Assembly: GCA_002633005.1 (NCBI GenBank)
Contig: NMRA01000177.1
Coordinates: forward strand, 62,001 to 126,000
Length of the DNA: 64,000 nucleotides
Reading direction: 5' to 3'
DNA from: Phoronis australis
Taxonomy: Eukaryota; Animalia; Phoronida
The first letter of the stretch is position 1. Each line of letters starts with the position of its first letter. Under the pieces are notes generated by a model. It was not told the DNA's origin. It did no database searches and saw nothing but the letters and a program-made list of their open reading frames with translations. A program made the position numbers and the translations under genes. Positions 12,720 through 25,182 of the stretch are shown piece after piece.

Positions 12720-14281
12720 GTATGTTGGTGAACGACTGTGCTGTGCAAACCCTCGCATGCCCTGGGTTCCCGCTTTGTTCTGGCTTTTCATCCGTGCTAG
12801 TTCGTGACCGCGTGGCCATCTGTTCAGTCGCCTGAACTGTGCATCGCCCTACGTTGACAAGTCGCAGTTCTTAGCATCCGCATGTGGCGTCTGCGTACGT
12901 CAGTGTCTGTGTAAACGTTGTGCAGTACTTTCCTAACGATGGTGGATCTAACATCTTAAGGCAGAGTTTGTTCATAACCAGTTAGTGCTTCTAGCTGCAT
13001 GCTACTGTATTGTCTGACTAACAGAGTTCATTATGTTATGGTAGATGACATTTGTGCCAATGTCTTCCTTTGGGCTACTTTTTAACAAAGTTTATTGTTG
13101 TGAATGCATCAAGTGCTAATACCGCATTGTCAAAGGTTGAAATCCGCATTTCCAAGCTTCACATTCATTTTGCCTTAACGATACCGTTACCCTGTCTCTG
13201 AAGCTCTCAGGTTTTTGGGACGTATAAACTTGTGATAATGAGCTTTGCAATTGAATTTATCCTTCAAAGTTCCTTTGAGCTTTTCACTGAACTCACGTTA
13301 GGGGGACAGTCATTCTTGTTTGGGTATGTATTATACCGTATGTTGTAACCAGGGAAGGCTCTTATTTCAGTTTGGAAAGTGGCTAGGGGTCCGTGGTGTG
13401 ATTTTTGTCCAGTTTGGTTGATGAAAAGTTAATATTGTGCAATCGTAGATTATAGACAACAGATTCGCAATTCCGACATTTTCTTGCGAAACATCCTAGA
13501 GGAGGCGCCACCCTTTCAACATAACAAGCTCAGCTTCCAGTTAGTGTATTGTGATGGGAAATTCTTCCATCCATTTTACTGTCTAGTGCAACGAAAAAAT
13601 AATAATTTCGGCACTGAAATATTGTCCGAGGTCTTGCAACAGTAGAGTCCAGAAATTTTGAGTGGCACTGACATGCTGTTGAAGTGCAAGATTGGTTTTT
13701 GAGTAGGCTTGGTGGTTATTTCCTGAGTATAAGCTTAATATAAGATGTTAATGTTTTATGAGCGTTTGACTAATTTAAACACGGATGTGAGTTGGGCAAA
13801 ATTGCTAATTCAAATCCTGACGAAATGATCATGATTAGGAGACGACGTACTTGCCGGAAATAATGCGTGCTATATCTGCCAGGTGTCGCTAGTGAATAAT
13901 GATGTCACGGCTTATGCGTAAGTTCACCGATATTAGCAGCCGGAAGAGTCGTGTTTATTTCAGCAGCCAGAGTGCAAATCATAGAAGGAAATTGTAGTTT
14001 AGAGAAAGGTTGGGCATTGTTCAACATGCTTTCTAACTGAGAGACACAACAATGCTGTTTACCAGCAAACTTGATATACAGGCAAGTTCAACAACAACTC
14101 ACACGACTCGCGCTGCCAACTTCCGAATTAAAAATGTTAAAAAGTTAAAACAAAAGCTACAAATAGTTGTGTACCTTGAGTCCCAGATGTGGTGACAACA
14201 CCTATGGTAAACGACAGTCATTTACGGAATTTAACGCCCTAAGAGGAAATGCTGATGTAGTTCACATACATTTGCTTGCAG

Positions 14282-14379
14282 GTGGTCAGTTCTAACAACG
14301 GTGAGGTGGACGTGGATGACCCAGGTAACTCCAATACCCCTATACAGCCAGCTGGAGTGGACATAGTGGACGAAACTAA
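14282..14379 (+). CDS. CSNK1G: Casein kinase I gamma C-terminal domain exon
   Basis: Acceptor tttgcttgcAG; VVSSNNGEVDVDDPGNSNTPIQPAGVDIVDET(K) matches the CK1 gamma tail pattern VVSSTNGEL..DDP...SN.PI...V..VDETK; donor GTATGT; ends in phase 2. Confidence 0.9.
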
Positions 14380-14496
14380 GTATGTAGAGACATTTCTAGC
14401 TTCGTAATTTTAAATCGCATCAACTTTGGGTTAGTTTGTGGAAATTCAGTTCGTGTTGTAAGATAATGTAAATAAGACTTAAAGTTGAAGATATAT

Positions 14497-15510
14497 TTTG
14501 TGCATCCACATATCCATGCGTGGGTGCATGTTGTTGCCGTCTCGGTCCGGTTGGTTTCTTGTTACTCTCTACCTCACAAATCCATGAAGAATCTTTGGCA
14601 AAGGTTTGCCGGCATGTTGGTAATAAACCTTTCTTGCTAAGTTTTACCAAACAGACATGTGACCCAATTAATGGCAGATTTGTATGAAGTTCCAGGCTTT
14701 CTACTTTCGGTCTTAATATTTCTAGTTTCGTCGTTACACCAACTTGTCAATTAGGTCCTACATAATCACTTATTGTTATAAAGCTCATCTCGTCTGGTTC
14801 TGGGCTCAGATTTGTAGATATTCCGTACTTGGAAATTTGGCATTTCGTTATTGCTCAAGACCAGCCTCAATAAGTTTGCTGTCCTCTTTTTTGGTTTCAA
14901 TTTCCTCTTATTTGATTTCCCAGTTACCCCTGTTTTCGTCTCTTGCCATTGTTTTGACTTTATTCATGCAAAAATGTTCATTTCAGTTAAATTTTACGAC
15001 TTAAGAAATATTTCTATCACACAAGCCTATTTATTTGTGGAATGATAAATCACTTGGAAAACTTTCCTCTTTTTTGTCATTGGTCTTTACAGGCCCTGGA
15101 GTACTGTAGTGGCCCCTAGTCGCAATTTTATGTTTTGCATCCACAGCTGTATCTTCTAAACTCTTTGGAGGATGTTTGTGAAATTTGACAAGTATACTCT
15201 TATGGAACTGACAACAGTGGGTGGGATCCAATTACTGCTGTGCGGCCTGTTGGCAATTTTATTTTTTCTTTGTGCCTCTGTATCTTGGGAGTTCCTTGAT
15301 GGATTTTCATGAAAAAGAGCAATTTATATTAGTAAGACAACAAGATCTTCCTATTTTCAGTCGGGTTTGACTGTGCCACCTAGTGGACAGTTTTATGATA
15401 CTGTTTGCGGTGCAGTTGTGGATGCATTTCAGCACATCTGACCTACGGGACTAAGTGTTGTGTCTGTTGGAGGCGCATTCAGTTTTGCTGGTGTGGGATG
15501 CTCCCTCTGT
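14497..15510 (+). mobile_element. Second degenerate HINE-like element
   Basis: Head ttttgtgcatccacatatccatgcgtgggtgc resembles that at 7840; internal gaaatttg / gccacctagtgg units. Boundaries approximate. Confidence 0.45.
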
Positions 15511-16296
15511 TGAGTATGCTTGAAACTATGAGCATGCCTTGATGCTTTGTTGTTTGTGATGCTTTCAGTGAGCTGGTATCAAACCCTTTGCATTGTACCT
15601 GTAAACATTTTGTAAGCAATTTACTTAGTCGCTGTTGTCACGCACATTTACTGTGCGTAGCCTTTCCACGTGATAACGCCCCAACATTCTAAACTTCTGT
15701 GTTTTAAAGTTCTGTGCTAGTACCTGGCCTTTCCCTGTGTGTTTTCTTGGCTTGTTATCCCTTCTGCTCTCATCATTGAGCAAAAGTGCATCATAACCAC
15801 GCGCGTTTTCGTCTTATGGTTGTAGCTCAAAACCTTCCTCTTTTTCATCCAATTTTTATTACAGTAAAAATTCACCAGTTTGGGACCGTTGAAATTACTC
15901 TGTTTACTCAAAGTCAGAGCTGGTACCAAATTTTAGACATTAATAGTGAATATTAGCCATCCATATTCAAGAATTGGAATCTCCGACATTTCTACGATAG
16001 GCAGTGTATTGATTTGTGAAAACGTTGCATCGGTAGCTAATTTTGACGATTTCATGAACTTCCAGTTTATTTTCCCAGTGTGTTGAACGTATGTGCAAAA
16101 CGCAGTGTCTGATATTTTAGAAATACGGTGAACGCCGTAACATCCCACGTCCCTATCATCGTAATCATGAAAATTCAGTTTGCATGAATGTCAGTGTTGA
16201 TTATCCCAAACTGGAGAATTTTTACCATAGTCTAAATGATCTCGTTTCCACCTAGCTATTCCACTACTCTTTCTCTCTCTCTCTCTCTCCTACTAG

Positions 16297-16353
16297 GGCC
16301 AATGATACTGTCATTGTTTCCGACACTGGCTGCTTTAACCAATGCATGCAAAG
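16297..16353 (+). CDS. CSNK1G: Candidate alternative cassette exon of CK1 gamma just before the palmitoylation exon
   Basis: (CT)n polypyrimidine tract 16268-16290 then tactAG; 57 nt, phase 2-2, open frame (K)ANDTVIVSDTGCFNQCMQ(R); donor AG|GTACCA is weak. Confidence 0.55.
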
Positions 16354-16589
16354 GTACCAGTTGGTTGCTTTGTTGTTTGCTTTTGCTCCTGTTGTTCTGC
16401 GTTACCTTACCACGGCTTCCGTTGCCTAATTTGGCTTCTCCTGACTATCGCGAAGCACCGAACAGTTTAACTTCCTGTCTGACCTGTTATCACTGTGGAC
16501 TCCACTCTGTTTTGCCACACAAGCTCCCATTTGGCAGAACTGTCCGCTTGTTACCGTAGACTTGCATCAGTATCTTCTCTCTCCACCAG

Positions 16590-16644
16590 GTGCTGCTTCT
16601 TTCGCCGGCGCAAGAAAAAGCGTGCCTCACACCAGCAGACCTAA
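16590..16644 (+). CDS. CSNK1G: Casein kinase I gamma terminal coding exon (palmitoylation / polybasic membrane anchor)
   Basis: Acceptor cttctctctccaccAG; (K)CCFFRRRKKKRASHQQT-TAA, homologous to the TKCCCFFKR motif characteristic of CK1 gamma. Confidence 0.93.
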
Positions 16645-18903
16645 GAGGATTTGACAAAAAACACAAAAAACTTTTATAATATCTCAGTGGATTGCGTCCA
16701 CACTGATACATGGTCCACATCACATCACCCCGGGGCGTCTTTTCTGATTGGTGCACCCTGTTTTCATCTACAGGTGTTGCGGATGCTTCGGGAAGTCGAA
16801 GAAACAGAAAAACAAGCACGCAAAATGACATGAGGTGCCTGACCAAGCCACGGATGACGTTCCAATGAAGTCTCGTTTCAGTGGTGCCAACAAGCACACC
16901 ATTCTTACTAATCAGAGTAGCAGTGAAAGTTTTAGCACCAGACAATAGCATGGCGTGTCGCTGTCGTCGTGTATTGTGTGCAGTTTGTACCGTTAACTGT
17001 AATGACTACAACGTCACTGATCCTCTGGAGGCTATAGCAGTGGAGTGCAGTATTGATACGATAATTGACAAAGGTTCTCTAAAATGTTTTTCCATCAGCT
17101 GCTTATGCGCTGTGTGGGCGAAGTTGCATTGCGCAGTTCATTATCGTAGTTTTCATTCCCAGGGTACGCTGAAGCTGAAGTGTAGTTGACTTTCAAATCT
17201 CAACACTTGTTAGGTGGATTCATGTTAATGTATAACTAAGTTCAGTTTTGTCCATACCATCTTGTAGGCATTAGAAAATCATTTTCATGCAACAGGCACT
17301 TCATTTGAACACTGGGTGAGTTGTTCCGTGTTGGTAAATTACTGCCAATCACTTACTAGACATAACCGGTGTAAAACTGCTGAAAACTCCACTGTTAAAA
17401 CGCTACTTGTGGTAAAATTAGTTTGGTTCACTCGGATTACATGTTACAACATGACCTCATCCTTGAAAGTTAATCTTGAGGATACTGCAAGCCATGTGGA
17501 TACATATATTATGCGTGTGTGGTTTTTCAGTCTGTAAATATTTTGCTTCTTACGACGTTAACCATGGCTTGGTCGGGAGTTTTACAAATGGGACTGTGTG
17601 CAGTAATTTGTGATGATTGATTACAAATTCTATACCAAATGTAAATGCATAGTTTTATAAATGTTAAATGAATGAAAGAGAATTGTCTTGGAAAGATTTC
17701 TTCTTGTTTTAACTCGTTATTCAGTTATGCTTGCATGTAAGTTATATGGCGTGCATGTATTCTAATGAGCTGGGCAACTCTGGTGTCATTGGATACACTG
17801 CCTATGCCTAGAATCTTTTTGCACATCTTGTGCATACCCGGTCGCATATCTGTCGCCTGGATCTTATTCAGACCTTCTGTAAGTGGTCAGATGATAGCCG
17901 CCGTACACTGTAGTTCATGGACGCATTGCATTAGCCGAGATATAGGTCTATATAAATGTTTCTTTTCTGGACAACTACACGTTTTTGACTGCCAGTGTGT
18001 TAAAACAAAGCAATTTTAGGTTTAATATTGTTCTCTTGCCCCCATGTCAAAGAAGGTGAATTTATTGATTTAGTCCTGTAATTTGTAAGAGAGGACATGA
18101 TGAAGCAGGACTAGTTCTGCATGGATTGAGATGTTGGCCTTTTTATCGGTGATGCTTTTGGTGAGAGTGCTCCTTGTGGCAGAAATCTTAGTTTTTCTGG
18201 AAATACCAACTGTCGCCAACTCATGTAAAACTGGTCAAGTCTGTTAAAACGTTTTGGCAAAAGTCTTATTGTTCTCATAAGTTTGTAGTTTTTGTACTTA
18301 ACTTGGAAAAAGCCTACTTGCTATCGCTGTGATTCGCTTGTCTGATTAAAAGATCGTCTAGTTGAGAGTAGGTTAGCTGACCACAAGTAGTTTTCCTCAA
18401 GTTTCTGTTTGCATCCATACCCTGTCTGATGTCGAGAGGACTGTCCATCCTTAAAATTGTTTTGAGCCGCAGGGGAGCTTGAGCATTCCACATTAATTCA
18501 ATGTGAAATTGAGAACACGGGAGGAATCTGAATTGAGACGTTGTGGTTGTTGTTTATGGAGAAATAAGTTTTGTTGTAAAAAATTCAAACCTAGTCAATT
18601 TATTTTGACTGTTTTAGTTTATATGGGGTCTGCTGGCCTTCTCTGTCCTGTACACACTGACATATTATCTGAGACAGGAATAAAATATATAAAGTTAACG
18701 TTTTGTTTGGTTGCATCTTTGGGAGGTCGTTTTATTGTGCTGTCGCATTTAACTGAGGTGATGAACGAGGAGTATTTTTATTGGTTCCTTGTGACAAGGT
18801 CAGGGCTTGTAATGACATGACATGAAAGAGGAAAATTTTGCAGGTGGCGTACCGTTCTACAAATAAATAAGTTTGTACTGTACGATTTAACTGCAAGAAT
18901 AAA
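16645..18903 (+). other. Putative about 2.2-kb 3' UTR of CK1 gamma ending at clustered AATAAA signals
   Basis: AATAAA at 18862-18867 and 18898-18903. The T/G-rich + strand bias of the gene body appears to stop near 18.9 kb (judged by eye). Confidence 0.5.
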
Positions 18904-20033
18904 GTCAAAATATTGAAAAAAAATGACAAAAAGAGAGGAAACTGGAAATCAAAACCAAAAAGGAAACCCTTAAAAGAGGAAAATCACGTGCTCTGCGAGG
19001 TCCAATAACGGAACAAGTGCAAGATCCAAATAAAGGTCGTTGGATTGCAGACGATGAATACGTAATAATCTCCTACCCGGTAAATTCCGTTGAAACTGAC
19101 TGATCTTCACTCAAAGGTGAGTTATGTACGAATTGGATCTTGAGTTCCCGAAGCGTAAACCAAAGACATGGGCACCTTTAGCAAGTCTCAGTCGTATAAT
19201 TTGGGGATGGGCAGATAGTCCAGATTAATGGTTCCATGACTAAAAAGGCAGTAAACAACAAAACAAAATGACCCTGCCGCGTTAGTTCCACTGGCGATCT
19301 ATGGTGTAGGGTGTCACATGGGGAGCACAACTTTGGAAGATCGCATAAACTCTACAGACAGTTGGTGGGCGGCGTTTTTTGCTGTTTTTTATCGAACCCG
19401 TAGATGAGGGGACCGGCCGGGGCTCGCTGGGCCACTCGAAATCCGCGTATGAGTTCAAACACGATCTTCGTCAACTGAATTGATGTCTTTTTCTTGGAAA
19501 ACTTATTTACAACTCTAGAGAAAACGCCACGGGATTTTACGGTTTCCCTTTGGAATCCTAATCTTTCTGCCGCTAAAAATTATGTCTTTACTTAAAATCA
19601 TGTTAATGACGTGTTGCTTCCGGTCTAAACTTAGTGGTGTCTTTCAAAATTTTGTTGTGATTTCACTCTCACGAATCAAGAGATGATCGCTATTGTTAAC
19701 GAGGGCCAAGCTTGTGCATAGTGGTCCAATCACTAGGTTCATTGTTAGACTAGTACACCACGCGCTGGGAGACTGATCTCGCAGGTCCCCTACGTGCCTA
19801 GCCAGCTGGCTACTGACCACCTAGCGGCTCACGGAGAAAAAGCTAGGGAGACTGATATGGCAGGGCACGAAATGAATACAGAAATCGGGTCGGTTATAAA
19901 GGCACGTCGTGAGCATTGGATCAAAACAGCGACTGTTAAATCACTGAATTAAGGAATTTGGACGAGGATTAATCTCTTTTCAAAACTTGCAGCAGGTGTT
20001 AGTGAACACAAATAAGTCTCCGAGGCGTAAGAG

Positions 20034-20286
20034 CACGCGCGCACCCTTGGGGCTCAGGGCGGACTCGAACGAGCCCCCCATTAGGCGAAGTGGGCAAAAA
20101 GGTCCGCCCCTGATAGACAAAAAATCATAGAAAATGAGGCATAAGTCTATTAAACATGCGCAAACGCGGAATTCACAGTGGTGCTCCCGTTTTTATTTTT
20201 TTTAGTCCGGCCGCTTTTTTGTTACCAAAAGGTCCACAAAGTCAGGAATTCGAGCCCCACCATTTTGAAGGCATGGTGCACGCATG
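20034..20286. mobile_element. Short MITE-like element
   Basis: Imperfect inverted termini cacgcgcgcacc ... ggtgcacgcatg, with internal cgagcccc and aaaaggtcc motifs each present twice. Confidence 0.45.
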
Positions 20287-20740
20287 AAGAGGCGACTCGA
20301 TCATTCGTTTTCAGCAGTCGCATGCATGCAGACACACAACTCTGAGGCTCTCACTCATGATCAAAGCCCTTCGTTTTCTTAGTCATCCTTCTGTCATATG
20401 TACAAGTCGTTGACGCAATATTATGTCGGAGTGCATACGGAGCTGCTCTGTGCTGGCCTAGCAGGAGATTCGATGGAGTGACAGCCTCGTAACCTTTGAC
20501 CTCGGATAAAAAGTAAAGAAACATCCACGCGCCGGTTCCACTTGAAGGTTCCGCCGGGGGTTCCGGCTGCCAAATCCTTTTTCTCGCTGCACGGTATATA
20601 TTTCGTATATTTGAAGTTCCCCGGAAATAAAGACATATGTGAACTATTGTAAAGAAATGGCCAATTTTTTGTGAACAAGGTTTGAGATATCCTGAACATT
20701 CCCTGACATTTGGCCCACCTGTAAGTTCCGGATAATCATT

Positions 20741-21827
20741 AAGAGTGACTCCGTATTAAAAACAACAGGTAGAGTCTATATCCAAAATCACAGATTTTTT
20801 TGAGACTTAGCACACGGATTCGGTTTGGAAAGATATACAAAAACCTCGTTTTTTAAGAAGTATTCAATGACCTGCACCTCCATTTTTTGCAACAAAGAAG
20901 GCGCCGAAGTGGACATGTCTGAATGCATTTTTGTAGCATTTATAGTGATAACAAATGAGTGATTCAGTTTGAAAGAACTATGATTGAATAATTTAATGGC
21001 ACAACTTTGAAAATTCATTTTTCAGTTTATATGCTTTGATTTTGTGTGGCAAAAACGGCTATTTTGAATGAAGTCATTTTTGGCCAAATTTGGAACTTTG
21101 TTGCAACCGTGCACCTTTCCAAGACCTGATCTTATAATAATTTGCTCAGTCATTTCTATCTGTTCATAATCCGTGATCTATAATAAAAAATCTTGCCTCT
21201 CCCGTAGTTTTTGCTTACAAAGCATAACACGAACCGCACTTCAGTTGGTCCTATTTGCCTGTTCTTAGTTGCCTCAACCACCAATAGGGGGTTCTTGGAA
21301 CATGTAATTAGTTTGCACTCTGAGGTTTGCAAAAAGACGACGTAAAAAGCATGTAGTTGTATCTTAGGGAAAAATAAGACAGCTTTACTAAAATTACCGT
21401 TCTCTGAAAACCACACTGATGGTTATTGCTTATTTAAAAAAATATGTACATAAATTATGACTGGCATGCGTTCTTCTATATCGGATGGGCGTCGCTGTGA
21501 CTAGAAGCCGAATCTGCCTTGCTCTCGTTTTTCATCTTCGTTTTGAGAGCCACTGGCATAGGGAAGGGGCACCCAAGGGGGCCATGGCCCTCTGCCCAGT
21601 GTTCAGTACAAAAATTTTGCGTTCATATTGTAATGCCCCTGCGGCAGGTTGCTAGGAATTTCATGAGTCTCCACACGTCACTAAAAATTTACGTTTGCAC
21701 CCCTTCGGTCAGAAAACAATTCATAGAAGACAATTTTATTAATGACTCAGTTCATGACAGAATTAGGTCAACTAAGTTCAACACAAGTAATGGTTTGGAC
21801 TTCAAATTCCATATCGAGCGACTGCCA
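20741..21827 (+). repeat. About 1.1-kb interspersed repeat / local duplication, copy 1
   Basis: Colinear with 25183-26242 (shared actccgtat..aacagg, aaatcacagattttt, accaccaataggggg..tcttggaacatgtaattag, gagagccactggcatag, ggacttcaaa) with many substitutions. Confidence 0.85.
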
Positions 21828-22939
21828 GTGCCTCAGTCCTGTGGCGTAGCACGTACTGGGGGGGGGGGGGCAAATGCTGGTGCCTGCCGNGTTACACAGC
21901 TGCCCATCAGACCGGTGAATGGGGTGGGGATGCCATTTGACCTGGTGCTTGCTACACCACTGGATTGACTACTGTCGATTTCAGGTGTGCAGCGATTAGA
22001 CACTTTCTCCTTTGGTGAAAACCGGCTCCAAATACTCTTCGGTGAATATCGCATATGATTTGACTCCACCACTGGTCCTGCTCAGTCACAAATTTAGCTA
22101 CTGTAGCGAGTAGGAGCTCATCCTCTGGCACTAGATGCCTTGATTTACGAGGTACTTTACAGTATCTCGCATGTTCTGAAGGGTTTTTAGCAGGATTGGC
22201 TAAAGCTTTCGTAATCGCACCTTTTTGTTGAAAACTGTTTAAACAAACAGATCGGACCTTCGTTCCCCATGATACCATCAAAAGCAGTCTTTACAATTCG
22301 TACAAGTTCAAACTTTAAAGGCATTTACCTCTAAAGAGTGTTTAAATTAACATGATAATGGAAAAAATAAGAGAGTTACATGTACTATTATTTTCTATGT
22401 ATCCTCAACCCATACGGTTTTTCAAGACGATTTTTTTAAATGTAAATTTGAGGCAAGATGTTTTTTGCTCAGTCATCAAGATTAGCTCTTTAGCTATATG
22501 TTCCAAAAGTTACACAAAGCTATTAAGGTGCAGTATGGCAGTGGCCAAAAGGGTTTACCATTAGTGCCGTTTTGACGTCCCTGGGGAACTTTCAACGGCG
22601 TCTCCCTCGGAGAATTAAACTCCTTAATCCGCCGTTATTCTGCCGTAATGGAAAATAATTATAAACTGATGATGAGAGAGCTGATAAACCTCCCTTAAAA
22701 ACATGGGCGGCTCACCATCAGGGGCTGGAGGGGGGGGGGGTTATAGCCCCCACATTTTTCAGTACTGAATCGCCCATGGAAAACTGAATGGGAATTTTCC
22801 AAGTCACTTGGTGCTCAGTCTCCCAGCTTCCTTGGAAGAGGTTTTAAAGCTTAGCCACCCAGAGAAAGAGAGACATATTATACGTTTATTAACTTATATA
22901 GCAAATTAGTGAAATACAATGAAGACTATACCCATTTGG

Positions 22940-23103
22940 ACACATCTGTCCAATCAAATTTATCCATACATCCATCCAATCAAACACATCTATTCATCCG
23001 TCCGATCAAATCTATCCATATATCCATCCAGTCAATTACATCAACCAATTCGTCCAATCAAGTCCATTGAAACATTCATCCATGCATCCTTCCAATGAAA
23101 TCC
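22940..23103. repeat. 26-bp satellite-like array, left part
   Basis: Degenerate units of gtccaatcaaatccatccatacatcc; continues at 24482-24705 beyond the inserted transposon. Confidence 0.8.
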
Positions 23104-23107
23104 TTAA

Positions 23108-24477
23108 AGGAAAATGCCACCCGATTTAATTAGTCTTTTTTGCCGTCTTAATCGGTCTATATCCACATCGCCTTTCATACGGTCGACCTTACCTTGCCTA
23201 GAGGTGTCGCGTTAACCTGTCAGGAAGGTGAGAAACGACGCAGCGACGTCAGTGGTTCATTTGCAGAGTGAATGCTGCTATGTTGCGGTGCTTCGTTCCC
23301 GCTTGTCCGAACTATGCAGCTGCGAGGAAAGTGAGTATATCGTTTTATCATCTTCCTCGAGAGTCGGGATGAGCTCTCGTCTAGGTCGGGATTGCGAGTT
23401 GCCACTTGGCTTGACGTTTATTACTGAGCGTTTTGTTTCAAAATGAATCATTCTCACCCTAACCAATAAGAAAATGAAACAAGGTCTGTCACATTAAATG
23501 CAATTTGTAATGCCTTTGGAGTGCTCGTGAGTGCAAATGATTTGAGAAGCCAGCAATAAATGAATCACTGCGTTACCGGCTTTAGGTGCAATAAACTAAT
23601 TGACGGGATACCGAGGCCGTGTGAGCTCATGCTAATTCAGTGTTTGCTGACAGAAACTGTTGTGAAACAACTCAGTTTCTATCCTACGGCCAGGTGTTAG
23701 GGGAATCTTTATTTACATTTACATTATTCAAGTAATGATTTTCAATGTACAACTGACGTTTCTATTGCCAAAGCGGAACCTGAATTCGCGAACCCCGACG
23801 ATCGGGGAGTAAGTAGATTTGCAGTTTCGTGGCTAATTCACCAACATAATCACGTGCACATTACTTCTTTGGCTCACTAGTATAGTATTTTCATGACTGG
23901 AAGCTTAGTTTCCAACTTTAGCTGGTTTATGTTCGTGATGTCTTCAGTCCCGCCGGCCGCGACGGGCCTGATCGGTTTCCGAGCCACTAGCCGGGATAAC
24001 GAGTGTGTGTTTAGAACTCAAAAATCACAAGTCTAAACAACACAAATCTAGGTTCTCCTGTCCGTATCTCACGGGAAAATACTTCGAATTTATCTTCGAA
24101 CAGACCCCTAACTCCTGCTACGGACCTTACCTGCCGAACTCTGTAGGCTACGGTGTGTCCAAAGTGACCAATAAATCCGTAACAGCGAAAACAACAACAC
24201 GTTTTTATACGAACTCGGTGTATTTTTAAGGGTTTTCAATCGAGGTTTGATGATTTATTGGTGTTAAACGATGAATTCAAGCGGTAAGTTGACACCAGTA
24301 ACCCGTGTTGTGAACTGCTGAACAGACAGCGTGTGAAACCAATTACGTCATTGGATAATTTCAACACCTCCGTCTGCCGTCAGGTTTCAGGTAACGCAAC
24401 CGTACGTGTCGTTATCGAGTAGAGCTACTCAATTTAAATTGATACAAATTAGGTTGTTTTTTGGGTGGCATGCTCCT
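23108..24477 (+). mobile_element. Non-autonomous Kolobok-like DNA transposon (TTAA TSD), copy 1
   Basis: ttaa|aggaaaatgccaccc ... gggtggcatgctcct|ttaa. TTAA TSD with AG termini is typical of Kolobok. Inverted homolog at 33571-35206. Confidence 0.85.
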
Positions 24478-24481
24478 TTAA

Positions 24482-24705
24482 TACTTCCATCCAATCAAAT
24501 CCATCCATTCATCGGTCCAATCAAATCCACCCATACGCCCGTCCAGTCACATCCATCCATATATCCGTCCAATCGAATCCATCCATACTTCTGTCCAATC
24601 GAATCCATCTATTCATCCGTCCAATCAAATCCATCCAAACATCCGTCCAATAAAATTTGTCCATACAACCGTCCAATCAAACCCATCGATACTTCCGTCT
24701 AATCA
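24482..24705. repeat. 26-bp satellite-like array, right part
   Basis: About 8 units such as gtccaatcgaatccatccatacttct. Confidence 0.85.
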
Positions 24706-25182
24706 ACATGCACCGGCAAAATTGAGATGCCAAAAAGGGAGATTTTAGCCATTCACCTAAAATCTCAAATTCACGACTGCCCAGCGTAAGAAAGGAGACC
24801 ATACTAACCGATAATCCGAATGCCCTTTCACTCTAGATTACAGAAATTCAGGTTAAAATATGACATGAACCAGATTTTTGTCTAAGTGGTAACTGGATTC
24901 ATGCCAAGAAGAATACATGCTCTGCCTGGCTGCACAAGAGCTGAGGCCAAATTTCACTCAAAACAACTTCAAGGAACTACTGAATACCATTTGTGACAAT
25001 CATTTCCCATTTAATCTCCAAAACTGCCGCGAAACCCGGCCCACCCCATTTTCTTCATTTTTGGGGGGCCTGAACCGTGGTCTTATGCCCCTACGTCTCG
25101 TGCCGTAAGATTACAAATTATGTTTATTCCTCATAGTTACAAATATGTCTAGAATTTTCTATAATCGGTGATAAATTAGCAT

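Noticed and set aside
16236-16559. Leu-rich 107-aa ORF resembling a membrane protein
   Set aside because: Arises from CT/GT-rich intron sequence; the plausible coding signal here is the 57-nt exon in a different frame.
16490-16951. 153-aa antisense ORF over the CK1 gamma last exon
   Set aside because: No recognisable domain; overlaps a real exon and its 3' UTR on the opposite strand.
24406-24702. Pro/Ser/Ile-rich repetitive ORFs
   Set aside because: Translation of the 26-bp satellite.
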